A stretch of 62,813 nt of DNA, filler included, from Choristocarpus tenellus KU-1152 (GCA_964200185.2; 11 parts of 11 records of this genome joined end to end with filler, not necessarily neighbours in it), one strand, 5' to 3'; numbered from the whole stretch's first letter, positions 11,072-24,940 are shown. Notes: generated from the sequence alone by a model not told the origin. Numbers and translations are program-made.

Positions 11072-12814
11072 TAGTATCCTTTAGGTGTAAGCAAAGCAAA
11101 GGTGTCTGTTTTATGTTGCTTCGTGTCTTTCATAACACACACGAGGAACTTGTTCTTACAGATTATTGTTTGGCCCTTGAGTGAGATAACATCACCCTGC
11201 ATCCCAGCAGTAAAGAAAGACCTAAACCATTTCTTCAAGTCATCTCCTTCAGCCACACCAAGCATCCACAGGAATGCTAAGAACACATGACTTCACACAA
11301 ATTTTAACAATTTGCAGTCTGTTGTGCCTCCGACCAAAGACCAAACAAGGTTCCTAGCCCCAGACAAACATACCGAAAATAACATTAAAAAAAACGGAAC
11401 ATTATAGATCGGGTCAGTATCCGTTGTCAAGAATGCTTGGGAGTAACAGCAATAAAGTTGACTCAGGAGTGTAGGAAGTACTGTGTGAATAGGAATACTC
11501 CACTATACTCTATGGACTCCAAGAAGGATGAGGTATACACAATCAACACACCAACAGGATAATTCTCTTGTTCCACATTTAGCCATGATATTCACATGTG
11601 ACTCCCCTACCTCGACCACAAGATCATGATGCTCACAAAATGGACAAATAGGTGCGTCGACTACACAGAGATATCAAGGACTGCTCAGGTGAACAAGTGG
11701 GTGCATGTTGCACAGTCAATTATCGGCAGTGTAGTCCCCTCATCTACACGTCCCTAAACTTCTATTGCTGCCACACAATTCCCACCGCCCTAAGGAGAAA
11801 GACTGTTGTATGATGATGCTGCAGTCTCAGGCAACCGAGAATGGATGAAAAAAACTCCCCTCCCACCCCCACGCCAGACAGGAATTTAGCATTCATCTCT
11901 ATCCACCGTATGAAGAGTGCCTTCAAAGACATACAAATCTTTCCTCCAACCATTTCTTGACAAACCTTATTCTCTACCCATAAAGTCCATGCACTACCTA
12001 GGTTAAGAAGAGAGTAATGGCAATGTGCTGTTTCCCTTTGATAGCCCCACTTGCTGCAGCTCTGACTTATTGTTCCACCATTCACTTGCCCCATGTGATG
12101 ACTCAGTAACCAGTTCAACATCCAACCACATCAGCTTCAAAAGATTATGTACATCTCATCCAAACCCCTGTTGGTCTTGTTATCGGAGTGTTTCCTTGTA
12201 CAAATGCACTCACAAGCTGAAAGTGTGTTTCAACATTAGAAGAAGAGAAAGTGCCTGCTGCTAACCCTAACCCTGGCCCTTAACTTGTCTGTGCAGAAAG
12301 TAGCATAGGCAGCCAATAAAAGAAAAAACACACTGCAACACCAAAGAGCAAATAGAGGCTTTCAAAGTCAACCTACGTTTGTTTCCTTTCACCCCCTTTC
12401 CCTCACAAGGTCAAACTGCACCAAACCTCACACATGCCACAAAGACTTTGCAGGGGAGCAAGGGGTCCCTTCTCAGGACCCCTCTTGCCGGCTTCATCTC
12501 TTGAATCCCTTCACAACCCTCTTAAAAGCTTCTCGGATCCTCACTGCCCACCTCCTACTAGCAATATCTTGATCATTCAGTCCTTGCCAGAGTCAATGAG
12601 GTTCTAGGCTTGCAGCAACTGAACCCAAAAGAAAAAAATATGGTGGGACAACGGAAGAGGTAGATGGAGAGCAATTGCCACAGGAAAATGTTTGTTCATT
12701 CTGAAATGCTGCCGTTCCAACTCCAACACCTTCCCCACCAGTATCTCCAAGCCAAAGTAATAGCTATATCATTGTAAGGAGTGGAGAGACTCGTCACAAA
12801 GCCTAGAAGCTAAA

Positions 12815-14164
12815 TCAGCAAGAGTTGACCTTCTGTCGGGCAGTTGCTACAAGGGCACGCTCCTCCTGGGTCAGTCCCCACACCGGCTGGTTGTTGATCT
12901 CGAGACGTTCAAGAAGCTGTGAAAACTCAACGGAGTTACAACACAAGGCAAGCATGTTTTTTAATCAGGGGCAGAGAGAGAGGGGGAGATGGGGGGATTG
13001 GTTAATGAGAAAGGCAATCAACATAAGTGTGGGCTTCATAAGTGAACGCTCCCCTTTGTTACCCCACAGGCTCATCACATCTAGGCCCACAAGAACCTGC
13101 AAATACAGCATAACAAAAACAAGAGACTCCACTTTCAATTACCCTCTCCTTTCAAGACTAACTTGAAACCTACATCGAACATAGACCGAGCAGACAGGCG
13201 CTTCTTCAGGCTGCTCTTGAGCTCAATCGAGCGTCCTGACACCTCAGTTCCCAGGCGGGACAGCTCCACCTCCATTTCGTTCACATGTTGCATCACCTCT
13301 CGCAGGCGGCGAATATCGTCAAGCGCTGCTACAGCCTCGGGTCGATGATGAGCCCTGAGTTGGGATGTGGTGGTAGAGACAGGCAGGAAAGTCAAGAGCG
13401 TGTTTAAAGAGGGGGTGGTGGGCAGGGGAAGGAAATAGCATGATCATGGGGGAATACGAAGTCATCAGTATGTAAATTATGTTGGTTGCAGGAGGGACCA
13501 TTACATACAAATTTCGCGAGATAACGCGGATGTGGTGAGCACCGAACATTGAGCATGAGACATGAGTAGAGCCAAGCGAGGCGAATAAAAGGTTGGCTAT
13601 GGCGGGAAGGGAGTGCGTGAGATGACAACGACACCATGAAGTATGAAGTCAAATAAAGTTAACAAGCAGACTGTTACAACCTATCCAATCTAGATATGAA
13701 GCGAGCTTCTCAAATCTGTGTACACACGGAACGAATATTGGACCTCCAATCCAGTCAATATCGGCGTGGGTGACATTGCTATGTAGAGTTGCAACTGTCA
13801 CAACTCATGGGTGTGTCACAGGAGAAGTAGCGTTGATTGGGACAGAAAAGGCTCACCAATCGAAACACACGAAATATCACCAAGGCAGAGAAAGGGGGGA
13901 TGCGCCAGCCCTTCAATAGTTTGACTCTTGCACCCACAATGGTCTAACAAGTAGTTGAGTTGTCCACACCATTTCTAAGACTCCAGACACTCACTGGGGT
14001 GAAACCTGAGAACGCGCTCCTCCTGACGCATAGAATCCACCCTGAATGCCGGCCTGTCCTCCACTGTAGGTGACGTTATCGCTGAAAAACCGAATACAAG
14101 TCGGGGCTGCTGGTCGTGCCGTCACAATCACCCTTCTAGTCCCAAACACGAAACGCATCGTCAT
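12815..14164 (-). CDS. Complete 3-exon gene, 150-aa hypothetical protein with putative mitochondrial presequence
   Basis: Exons 14164-13995, 13354-13174 and 12916-12815 with GT-AG introns in compatible phase (2, 0). Product MTMRFVFGTRRVIVTARPAAPTCIRFFSDNVTYSGGQAGIQGGFYASGGARSQVSPQAHHRPEAVAALDDIRRLREV...LLERLEINNQPVWGLTQEERALVATARQKVNSC*. N-terminus is Arg-rich, acid-free and ends RFF/S. Confidence 0.85.
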
Positions 14165-15006
14165 TCTGCTCAAACAATCTGCGCTAAATTGAAAGGCTTT
14201 TCCACACAGATGCCGATAGTCCAGCACAGGAAACGACAAAGGGGGTAGCATCAAGTCAGTTTCGGTAGGACGGAAAAACTTCCCGCTTCGTACCTCTACC
14301 TTTACTTAATGCCCATCTGTAACACAGAAATACTGATGAGCTTGATTCTACTTCTAGAAGGAACTACTCCAACAAGTGATGACCAACACAATTTGCATCT
14401 AGGTTGTGGTTTGGGGTTGACTGAAATGATATGAGAGTGTGAGATTTGACAAGATCAATGAACTGCGAAGAAGAGAAGGAGCGATCGGTTCCTGATATAT
14501 CATTCCCGGAAATAGACATTGCGAAAAGCGAAAAATCTCGCCAACTGAAGCACATGTGCGACATCTCAAACGATCCTTTTATACCTTTTGACTGTCTTTT
14601 TTGGTGTGTGAGAGATGTGAAGTTGACTTTGTTTTTGGGGTGGGTTGGACTACATCGCGCGCGACAACATCTGAGTACGCGATCATTTTTCAAGTACACG
14701 AACAGATCGAGGTAACGCTTCTACGAAGTTCTAACGTGTATGTCTTCCACAGAATTAAGGATAATTAACAATGTTGATTGGTATGGAGGATGGAGGATGG
14801 AGGATGAAGGGCATCGAGAGAAGGAGGACGATGGTAATCATCGAAGATTGTCCAGAGGGTATTTGACCAACTCTTGGGAATTGTGGTCGGCGTAGCCTCC
14901 TTGTGGATCGTTGCCTCCATCCAAGGAACCGTAGGATTTGACGACATGGGCGAGATACTCGTAGTGGACGATTTGTGAGACAGCTGACACCATAACACGA
15001 TAAGCA

Positions 15007-15185
15007 GGCTCAAAGTACCTGGGGTGGTGGGGGGTGACGGCTGTCCATTCGGGGCCTACTTCCCATGTCGTGATTTTGGGGTGAATTTGTTTGCATGTGT
15101 AGGATGTGTAATGTAAGTTCACTTCTCCTGGTCAGAACTCAAATGAACACCTTGGTGTAGACCCCCCCCCCAGATACTTTGGGCC
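15007..15185 (+). mobile_element. MITE family B (179 bp, poly-G TIR)
   Basis: GGCTCAAAGTACCTGGGG ... CCCCCAGATACTTTGGGCC with 4-bp TSD AGCA at 15003-15006 and 15186-15189. Confidence 0.9.
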
Positions 15186-15306
15186 AGCAGATTATTTCGT
15201 AGGCCGTACAAGGAGGTTGAGGAAGGAAGAAAAAAAATGCAGATGAGAACGGAGCGTCCCGAACGTTGTGTAGTAGAGGGAAAGAAGCGTTAGTAACTAG
15301 GTGCCA

Positions 15307-15455
15307 GGCTCAAAGTATCTGGGGGGGGTGACGGCTGTCCATTCGGGACCCATTTCTCCCTGTCACCATTTTTGATTGAATTTCGTTGCATGCATCGGAT
15401 GGATAATGAAAGTGCAGTTCTCCTAGTCAGGGCCCGAATGGACACCCTGGTGTAG

Positions 15456-15503
<48 letters not shown>

Positions 15504-15505
15504 CC
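15307..15505 (+). mobile_element. MITE family B copy running into a gap
   Basis: Homologous to 15007-15185; the poly-C of the right TIR abuts the gap. Confidence 0.85.
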
Positions 15506-15605
15506 NNNNNNNNNNNNNNNNNNNNNNNNNNNNNNNNNNNNNNNNNNNNTTAATTAATTAANNNNNNNNNNNNNNNNNNNNNNNNNNNNNNNNNNNNNNN
15601 NNNNN

Positions 15606-15751
15606 TTCCAGACACACCCTTTCATAACGTATGCATTTTACCTCCTCCGAAACATTTTGGAGTAGGAAAATGTCATTAAAAAAAACATGGGAAGCCAAGC
15701 CCCAAATGGACAAATGGGGCAAAACTCGTACCCTCTAAGATACTTTCACTC
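15606..15751 (-). mobile_element. MITE family A, partial
   Basis: Matches the reverse complement of the family A left half; ends CCCTCTAAGATACTTTCACTC. Confidence 0.85.
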
Positions 15752-16611
15752 TTACGCTGTATGTGCTGATACAAGAAAAATAACACAGTTCCATGTACGT
15801 TTATCTTTAGTTCGGTACAATGCAAAGTAGTGACTTGCACAACGGTGTGATCCTTCAGAATTTATTCATACGTTAGTGATAATGGTAGGGGAGAATTCAC
15901 AATTTAGTGTATGTTCACCATGTAACTCAACCAGCAGCTTTCGGCGACAAGCCTTTTATGCGCTAAGCTATTCAGCAGACTACGGGGCTGATGTTATTCC
16001 TTGTGGTGACCTTTGCTTCACTGAGACTGAGAGATAGGCTGACCTCAAGATAAGACGAGGGATCGTGGTTGAGGTTATTTCTCCAGGAGCCCAGGTGTGC
16101 ACACAGACACATGAACCTGAAAGCATACGGTGCATCTTGTCTGTCCAGAGACCAAAAATTCTCCATGAAATAATTCCATCTATTGCATTAACAAAAAGTA
16201 AAAAAAAAAGGTGTACTTCGGTATAGCGACAAAGCCCAGGTGCGAAGTGGCCTATCCTTGTCATGGAGCTTGGGATCCTGAGTTTTGTGGTCCTCCTTAT
16301 TCACCAGCTGAAATAGACCACAAGGAATGTGTTTGAATAGACTCCTCCAACTTTAACCGATATCGCTAGTAGTATATATGCAGAGTCATAATACAAGAGA
16401 TCTTAGTTGGTTAACCCATATTTGTTCTTGTATTCGAATGGGTGGATAAGAATTGACTCCATTAAGCATGGTGTTTTGAGGTTGTATGGTCGTCCCCTCT
16501 GCTTGAGAATAGTCACTCTACAAGATTTGGTAACATTCCTGTATTTATCTCTTCTATCCAAACATGAGCCGGGGGATTCTTCAACACAATGCCCTCTCTC
16601 CCAAGAACCGT

Positions 16612-16869
16612 GAGCCAAATCAGTTGAGAGGTAGGCAGGATTTCACTGTAAGGATCCTCAGAAAGGTCAAAAAGGTGTCATTTTGTACATTTGAAGAAGA
16701 TTCCTTTCCTTCAATATGGTGTAAGTTTCTGTGTGGAAAGGGAGCGTATCAATTCTGATTACACTGTTGTGCACAAAAAGGAATGAAATAGAGAGCATTG
16801 CATAGACTAAAAAAGACTGCTTAGATTGCAAAGGTTCCAAACCTGCCTACCTCTCAATTGGTTTAGCTC
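16612..16869. mobile_element. MITE family D (258 bp, about 30-bp TIR, GAG...CTC)
   Basis: GAGCCAAATCAGTTGAGAGGTAGGCAGGATTT versus AAACCTGCCTACCTCTCAATTGGTTTAGCTC; flanks CGT/CAT. Confidence 0.75.
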
Positions 16870-18270
16870 CATTACATCCGACAGGGTGTGCGTACATTTA
16901 AGAAAAGTATTTTCTTAATTCTGGTGAGTATGGCCTCCATCTTCACTCCGCCCCTGATACACACCTGACATATGTTGGAAGTAAGGATAGACGATTTACC
17001 AGCTTTCCCGTAGCCCTCTCATCCTCCGTACATTTTGTGACGTCTCTTGGCTAGTTTCAGTCGAAATTTATTGCATCATTGCGTCTTCTCCGTCCATATT
17101 AGCCATAATCACTTCTCCAAGGTAACTCCCTAACGATGTAGAAGCTAACTCTTATGACTCACGACCACACCTTTTGAATCTGTCCCACCTGCCATTCAAA
17201 ACGCTTATATGTGAAACATAGTTGCGTTGATATCTGCTTTTGGTAATGTAAATATGCTTACCAGAAAGTAGGAACGTAATATTATAGCAAAACCAAACGG
17301 ACCACCGTTCACTTCATATATTTGCATTTTTTCTAGATGCACAAGCCTGGTATATGACCCTCAAGAACTCCTTCTCTGGCTCTATCGTGTGGATAATAGC
17401 ATGTAGTGATAAGTATAGTAAATTACGTTTATTACATCATCAACATTACCTCTATGCTCTGTCATTACCCATAGAAGAAATGAGTTGAGAAGGATGAGCT
17501 CTGGATGACCCTGCACAAAACTGCGGACCAGGTTTCTACTGACGACAATCTCGTTATCCTTATTATGTAAACAATCTCTTACATGGAAAAGCGAGAATAT
17601 GAATGGAAAGGAAATATGGACAGCTTTGTACTTAGACCCTACATGTATTCTATGATAAATGGAACAGTAGTGGTATGTGCCTGGTGAGGTTCATGCAGAG
17701 ATGAACAACGTTGCACACATCAACACCCTGTTAAAGTTTATGACAAGGCAAAGGGTCTCACATCTATGAGGATCCCAAGGGGGTCAATAAACCATAGCAT
17801 CGACTACATCCTCCCTCATCAACGCAGCCGACGCCTCGTTCATATTATGATACCTATATTCTACCTTGAAATCAGACCGCCGCTGTACATATTGCATTAA
17901 CATTGGTCTGACTTCTGAGTTAATTTCCACCCAATCGGAAGGAGCAAGTTTAGAAGGAAGTGAGGATCCTATTCAACCTACAGGGCATGCTGTACAGTCC
18001 ACCCCTGATGACTGCATTGGCACACCTTTTGGTTGACAAGCTGGCTGCTGGTGATCTTCTGCTTCAAACAATGACAAGCAGTGACTGCAAACTAACTCAA
18101 GATATAGATTGATAATATAGAGGCCGCTTTGCACCTCCACCCTGATCGAAATTGAAGAACGTTGTTCTCGAATATTGGAGCAATGTTCTGGGGGAAAGGA
18201 GACAAGCACGAAGGTCATGATCTATACACAATATTGAAGGCACACCCCGTTGGTACTGGCGCTGGTTTCT

Positions 18271-18528
18271 GAGCCAAAGTATCTTAGAGGGTAGGGCCGG
18301 GTCCATTTGGGGACCAAAATCCAAAGTTCCGATTTGGATGAAATTTTGAATATTGTGTTTTGTTTGGAAGTGTCAATATCCTTGTTCCAGACACACCTTT
18401 CCATAACATATACACTTTACCTAGTCCGAAATATTTTTGAGTAGGAAAATGTCACAAAAAAACATGGGAGGTTAAGTCCCAAATGGACAAACAGGACAAA
18501 ACTCGTACCCTCTAATATACTTTCACTC
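18271..18528 (-). mobile_element. MITE family A (258 bp)
   Basis: Full inverted copy; TSD TTCT at 18267-18270 and 18529-18532. Confidence 0.9.
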
Positions 18529-21500
18529 TTCTGTGACATTGCCGAGGTCTAGTGGATGTGTTATGGTATATATTTCCTCCTTCCTTTTTCTCTTTTTGAT
18601 TCATTCGACGAGTCTCTCCTCTTGCATTTCGACTGTTTTTCTCTTGTGAAGGAATGGAGGTGTAGCATGAACTTCCAATTGGTTCTGGTGCATACTGGAA
18701 CCAATTGCATGTTGCGCCTTTGGTGTTGGACTTCAGCTTCTTGCTGTATCTTAGAAAAAAAAACTTCCTTGCATTATACTATCTCTACTTTTTTTTGACA
18801 CATTTATATATTATTTTCCTTCTCATATTTGGCTTTGGGGAGCTGATGATGACGTGTGTTACTTCCTTCTCCATGACACATCTACGACACGTTTTGACCC
18901 ATGAGTATTGACTTTGACACCAGTCGGAACAGGATTGGAGTTCAGGTTGAGGTGACCCATCCACGTTTTGTTTTAACACCCTAACCTTACAAAATTTCAC
19001 TGAAACCCTGGATGAATGTGTGTTCTACCCCACATCTTCCAGATATTAAGGGTTTTCATTTAGGCACAACCTTGGAAATTGTGGGTGACTAGAACCACTA
19101 TACGAAGAATACAATTTTTTTTACTATTCATTTCTAATTAGGCCTCCACCCTTCCTTCCACATTGATAATTAGTGAGATGTTGAACTATCCCACACTGGA
19201 CCCGCGGCTTTTATGGTGCTTTAATGAAGGACAAAAAACAGCTTGATGTAGATGAACAATGTTAGTATTACAAGGGGCTAGTGGTCTCGATTCCGCTCAC
19301 TGAGCTCGTGGGTGAGACTAGCCTTTACTACCATCATTACTCTATAGTGTAGGGTTTGTAATCGTCCACACCAATATACTATGAATTACTTATTTACTTA
19401 TCGTAAGTATAGGAAGTGCATCTTGAACATGATATAAAACCAATCAACACTATGAGTCGGTGCATATAATATATCTGTCACTGGTTCTCTACCCTATCAC
19501 ATCATCCACCAGTGGTGTCTATAGTGTATTAGCAGCACTATCTACGAACAGGGGGTGGTTTGTGAGGGGGCGTCCGTTTCGGTCAAACAACTCTTTTTTT
19601 TGNNNNNNNNNNNNNNNNNNNNNNNNNNNNNNNNNNNNNNNNNNNNTTAATTAATTAANNNNNNNNNNNNNNNNNNNNNNNNNNNNNNNNNNNNNNNNNN
19701 NNGGGTTTGGTGGTGGGGAGGGGGGGGGGGGGGGGGGGGGGGGGGAAAAAAAGGGGGTGGGGGGGGGGGGGGGGGGGGGGATATACCTTTTTTTTTTTCA
19801 AAGGAAAAAAAATATAGAAATTCAGATGTAGATAGACGGGAGGGTGTAGGGAGAGAGCGGTAAAAGGAGTGAATCGATTCAAAGGGGGGGGGGAAGAGGG
19901 TAGCAGGGTTGAAATTCCAGGAAAAAGGGACCCCATGATCTTCCTTTACCAAATGAGCACAAGATGGACTCCAAAGGTGTCCACACACCAGGTTCTATGT
20001 GAAAACCTAGTTGCAGGTGCAAGTCCCAAAATATATCAACAAGACCAACAACACCCCCCCCTCCTGCTGACAAAAAGTCTGCTTCTAGATAACATTACAG
20101 CACTGGACCAGAAGACTCGCGAAAACTGACCCGACAGGTGACTATCACCACCACTCTTCCACCCCTCAAGTCACTTCACAAACACAACCCAACATACCAA
20201 TGTCCCTAACCCTATATATATATATATTATATATATATATACACACATGTAGTGGCAACCAGCAGATCTCCAACCTTAACCCTACCATAACAATCATAAT
20301 GATACCAAGATGTATGATTCGCACTTAGGAGAGAATTAGACATTAGACATTAGACATTAGACATCACAGTTATCGACTCCGCCCCCCATCTCCCCCCCCA
20401 ATCCCAAAATCCGAACCGTCAATGACCCTCAAACTGCGTGTGGTTTCACCTTCTCGCCAAAGCACCAGTCTGGAAGACCCATCACGGCCCTCTTAGTAAA
20501 CTCTGCGAATGTCCTCCACAAAGAATACGCCTGGCTCTTCCTTGTGGGCATGCCCGAGGCATCCAAGTGGTCCCTGGCCACAGTGTGGTTCAAGAGCAAA
20601 CCTTCCAACTGTACCCAAACCAGCTGTACCGTGTGGAGGGGATTCAGGTTGGACAGGAGGGGCTCGATCGCTGATACCTGGCAATAAGAGCGATCATTGG
20701 TGACGTTGAGAGGCAAGTGGTATGTACCAGGCCAAGACGTTCCCTGCATACTTCTAAGAACTCTGCCTTTTTTTGGTACCATTCAGGTACTACACGGTTC
20801 CTCAAGACTCGTGTGCACCACGAGAACCCTTCTCTTCTCGAGTCCAGTCGCGACATGAAGGTACAGTGGTAGTAACAGATTGCTAACTGAGGGTCCGCTC
20901 AGGCAGGTACTTTGTTTCTTGGGCTAAGGAACATTCAGTCCAACAAGTACGAAGTACTGTACCAAGTACTTTGGAGTGGACTGGCGTACGCTACAAGAAC
21001 CACAAAGGTTCAACTTGAAGGTTCGAACCACACAGGTTCAACTTGAAGATTCGAACCACCTAAGCTAAAATTACCCCTCGATTTCGATTTCGATTACACT
21101 CCCGATTCATACTGACTCAAAGCAATTCAATCGAATCTAAGATTAACAGTGCTACATCGTATCCAACCCCAAGTCTAAGCCAAGCCTGACCTCTGAGTGA
21201 TACTATCTAAGAGGGGGAAGCAATCGAGTTTCTATGTACCCCTACTGACTGACTGCCTTGGGGGTACATGTGCATCTTGAACACTCTATAGAGGGCACCT
21301 TCAGCTTAAAATATGGTCATAGTTGATCCCCTTTTAGAACCACACCCTCCTAAGGTAAAGGGGGGTCAACTGCACATCAGGCATGGGCATTGCATACAAT
21401 ATCGCAAAGGTCTATTCAAACTCAAAAAGGTAAAAATCGCCCCCACCCCCCCACTTCGACAGTTCCACTCTAACGTTTCAAACAAGCAGGCTCCACAATG

Positions 21501-23297
21501 CTTTGGGTCATCATTATTACAATGGAATCAGAGACCAATGCTGACTATATATTAGCACACGCGCGGGGGGGGGGGGGGCAGCAGGTTGGGGTGATGGTAT
21601 GAGGCACAACTCTGTTCAGTATAAGCACCCAACATACTGTTGTTGGTACCATTGTTGGTACCATTGTTGGTATCTCTTGCAGTCAGGTCATACCGTACAG
21701 TCGACAAAACCCTAACCCTATTTCACATCCCTCGCTAAAGTCATCTTTATTTTTATTGCGACTCACTGCTCCTACAGCATGCTACTCTTAGCTGCAAGTG
21801 CCTTACACCACTGTGGGATAAACAAATCCTACAACTGTACCATTTCTTAAAATACGAGCACCTGACTCTTGAAGACATGTATAAACGCCTCATATTCACT
21901 CTTATCCACAAACTCCTCCGCAGCAACAGGATCTTCCGCCACACCATCCTCAAAGCGTACCTGTGTACATGTCACAATAATAATAAAAACATTTGTCAGC
22001 ATTTTGAGCACACTACAGACGCCATGTTGGTGGTAAATAATATTGTAGACCATCAAATACAGCTAACCCCCCTCCTAGGTTCCTGGAGAAGGGAGTGAGC
22101 TTGCCTTGATCAGCTGCCCTGTGTATACGGAGAGCAGCCTTGGTGCAAGCACCACTAAGGCTGGAATGTCCTTAGCATATGTTTTTCCAGCCAGAGTATG
22201 CCACATAGTGAGAGCTTCCCAAGCAATATACTTAGAAGGAAGTCCACACAGAACAAGCAGCTGTTCCAGGTGGTTCAACAGCATTGCAGACTTAGGGCTA
22301 CATAACCCGTGATGGATGGTAGGGTACCAGGAAAAGGAAGCAAAAAAGTGATTGTGTTTTGGTGTTTTGGTGTTTTTTTTGGGGGGGGAGGGACATGATT
22401 GTTTCCAGGCAGTTGTTTTCTTGCATTGATGCCAACATTTTGATCTGTGTGTGTGTAGCACACCTCCAAACCGCCACCACAATAATGTTTGAAACACGCC
22501 TTCACAAAGAATATAACACCGCTTCGCATTCCGGTTTGGGATAGCCAGTGCTGAGTTCAATTGTCACTTTTGGAGGAGAGGTGACAAGTGAAGGGTCCTC
22601 TGATTCAATGAGCATTCCCTTGGGTTCCAACTGCTAACCCTAACCCTAACCCAAAATCAAGGATAACGCCTTTGCAACGCTAACCCTAACCTAACGCCCA
22701 ATCCCTACCCCTTACAGGTAACCGTACCAAACAAACAACAAAATTCAAAAAACAGACTATACAAACCAAGTTCACTTCAAAAGAACAACAACACTCTCAG
22801 GATTGCCCAATCCCCTTAGCCCTTCCAAACCTTCAAAAACCTACATAAATAAAGCAAGTCAACGTCCATCTGCAGCTAAAAACTCTGTTGACTCTCACAC
22901 AGTTTGTCTGCATCCACGTACCCCCGCCACAAGTACAATAATGACCCATCCACCAAGGACTATCTACAGCGCCCATGGCACGAGCATAGGCTCAAACACA
23001 CACACACACACACACACACATGTGGAACAAGTCATGAACCAAAATAGCTGGTAACATACCTTTGTCTCCTCTCCTATCCTGTGATCAATTTCAACATGCC
23101 TTCCGTAACTGCCATTTTGCTCGCATACGCACAGTACCTATCCCTACCAAACGCACGTGCCCTTGTTGTACCTGCAATCGTCATACCTGCGCTTGTCCAA
23201 CTATTGATCATTCAGTACCTATCACGGACACCGTACCCAACACCCTCCTGTACATACACACCACCCCAGTGCGTTCAATGCTCCAGTTGGAACCGAA

Positions 23298-23523
23298 AAG
23301 TACCACCTCTACACAACAAGTACCACCTCTACACCACAAGTACCACCTCTACACAACAAGTACCATCTCTACACCACAAGTACCACCTCTACACCACAAG
23401 TACCACCTCTACATAACAAGTACCACCTCTACACCACAAGTACCACCTCTACACAACAAGTACCACCTCTACACAACAAGTACCACCTCTACACAACAAG
23501 TACCACCTCTACACCACAAGTAC
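23298..23523. repeat. 20-bp minisatellite, 11 copies
   Basis: (TACCACCTCTACAC[A/C]ACAAG)n. Confidence 0.95.
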
Positions 23524-24138
23524 TTACTAAGAGTGCTCCGTGTCAAAGGGTCCCCAGAACTTCAATGAATACTACACTTTCGCCTCTGCGCTGCAAACGC
23601 CACACTACTAGTTTGACAAAAACGCCTTCACTATTCTAGCACCCACTATTACAAATAATAATAATAATAATAATAATAACATACAATATTACTCCTCAAT
23701 TCATCGCAACCTGTTTCGATCCTTGAAGCCTTCCTCTGTGGCCAGGTGACCCATGTTCAGCTTCAGCACCGACTGCAGACATGAACTCACCAACGCGTAC
23801 ACTTCCAAGGAACCATCGATGCTCACAGTCTCCTGAACCAACAGCATCATCACCAGATATTTCCCAAGGCCATCAACAAGAAGGCAAGCGAGACGATCAA
23901 CTCTACAGACACAGCCATCAAAACACGCAGCAACAAAATCAAGCTGAAAAATTTCACAAAAAAGTACAAAAAAGAGCCGGTGTTTCTTAAAAATACAGTT
24001 CATACCAATCAATGACAACCGCTTGGTTCAAGTGCGTAAGGATTGTGCCCCACCTGCCTAATAATAATAACAATAACAATAATAATAATAATATTAATCG
24101 CAAAACGCCTGACAGAGTATACAAGAGTAAGTCACAAT

Positions 24139-24182
<44 letters not shown>

Positions 24183-24781
24183 TTGTGCATTTGATGTGAA
24201 CTATTAACAATGGTACTAATAACCTAGAGCAGAGAAGTGGGTTTGATTCAAACCAAGCCTCCACAAGAAATCATAAGAGAAAAAAATAAAAAATTGTTTG
24301 TCTAAGAAAGAAGGATGAGTGAAACTGTTCCAAAACACGCACGAGAAAAAATTAAATTATTCCAAAACAACCAACCCTAAGCACAGGAAATGAAGACCAC
24401 ATCATTAATCGATTAATCTCTCCCCCCCGAACATCACAAAACCCACAATTGTTTAACACTCCTTTTCCGCACGCACTTACATATCTCGCATGTGTGAAGT
24501 ACCTCCTCTTGAACAAACATACGAATAAATAAACGAATGAATACATGAATGAATAAAATGAATGAATGAATGAATGAATACATGAACAAATGAATGAATG
24601 CTCTCCCAGGGCGCGCCACAGAGTACAGTACGCATTCACCTCGATTCACACCCTAACCCTAACCCAACTCCAATTCCAAATATATATATATATATATAAA
24701 AAGAAGGCGGGACCGTCGTCAACTCTTTTCAAGCCCTAACCCTAACCCTATCATGTGAAACAAATATGAACGACCTCTTAC

Positions 24782-24940
24782 CACCGAGAGGCTCTCCATC
24801 ACCCTCTTCACAGCAGGGGCTATGTTTTCCAGCAGTCGCAAGAACCGATCACAAGACAAGGCCTTCACCGAACACGCCTCCACTAGACACCTCAACGCCT
24901 CCACTCGGCTCGCCCTGATATAGCTCAGCTCCATCATCGC
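24782..24940 (-). CDS. Putative exon of an unidentified minus-strand gene
   Basis: TGTGCAG acceptor, open AMMELSYIRASRVEALRCLVEACSVKALSCDRFLRLLENIAPAVKRVMESLSV, GTAAGA donor. Similar exon-like blocks at about 25801-25866 and 23701-23902. Confidence 0.35.

Noticed and set aside
19275-19323. Hairpin GGCTAGT...ACTAGCC as a Helitron 3' end or ncRNA
   Set aside because: Single imperfect stem with no second copy or other supporting feature.
23298-23523. Regular repeat resembling a CRISPR array, and the 168-aa repetitive ORF 23062-23568
   Set aside because: Contiguous 20-bp units with no unique spacers: a minisatellite whose ORFs are artefacts.
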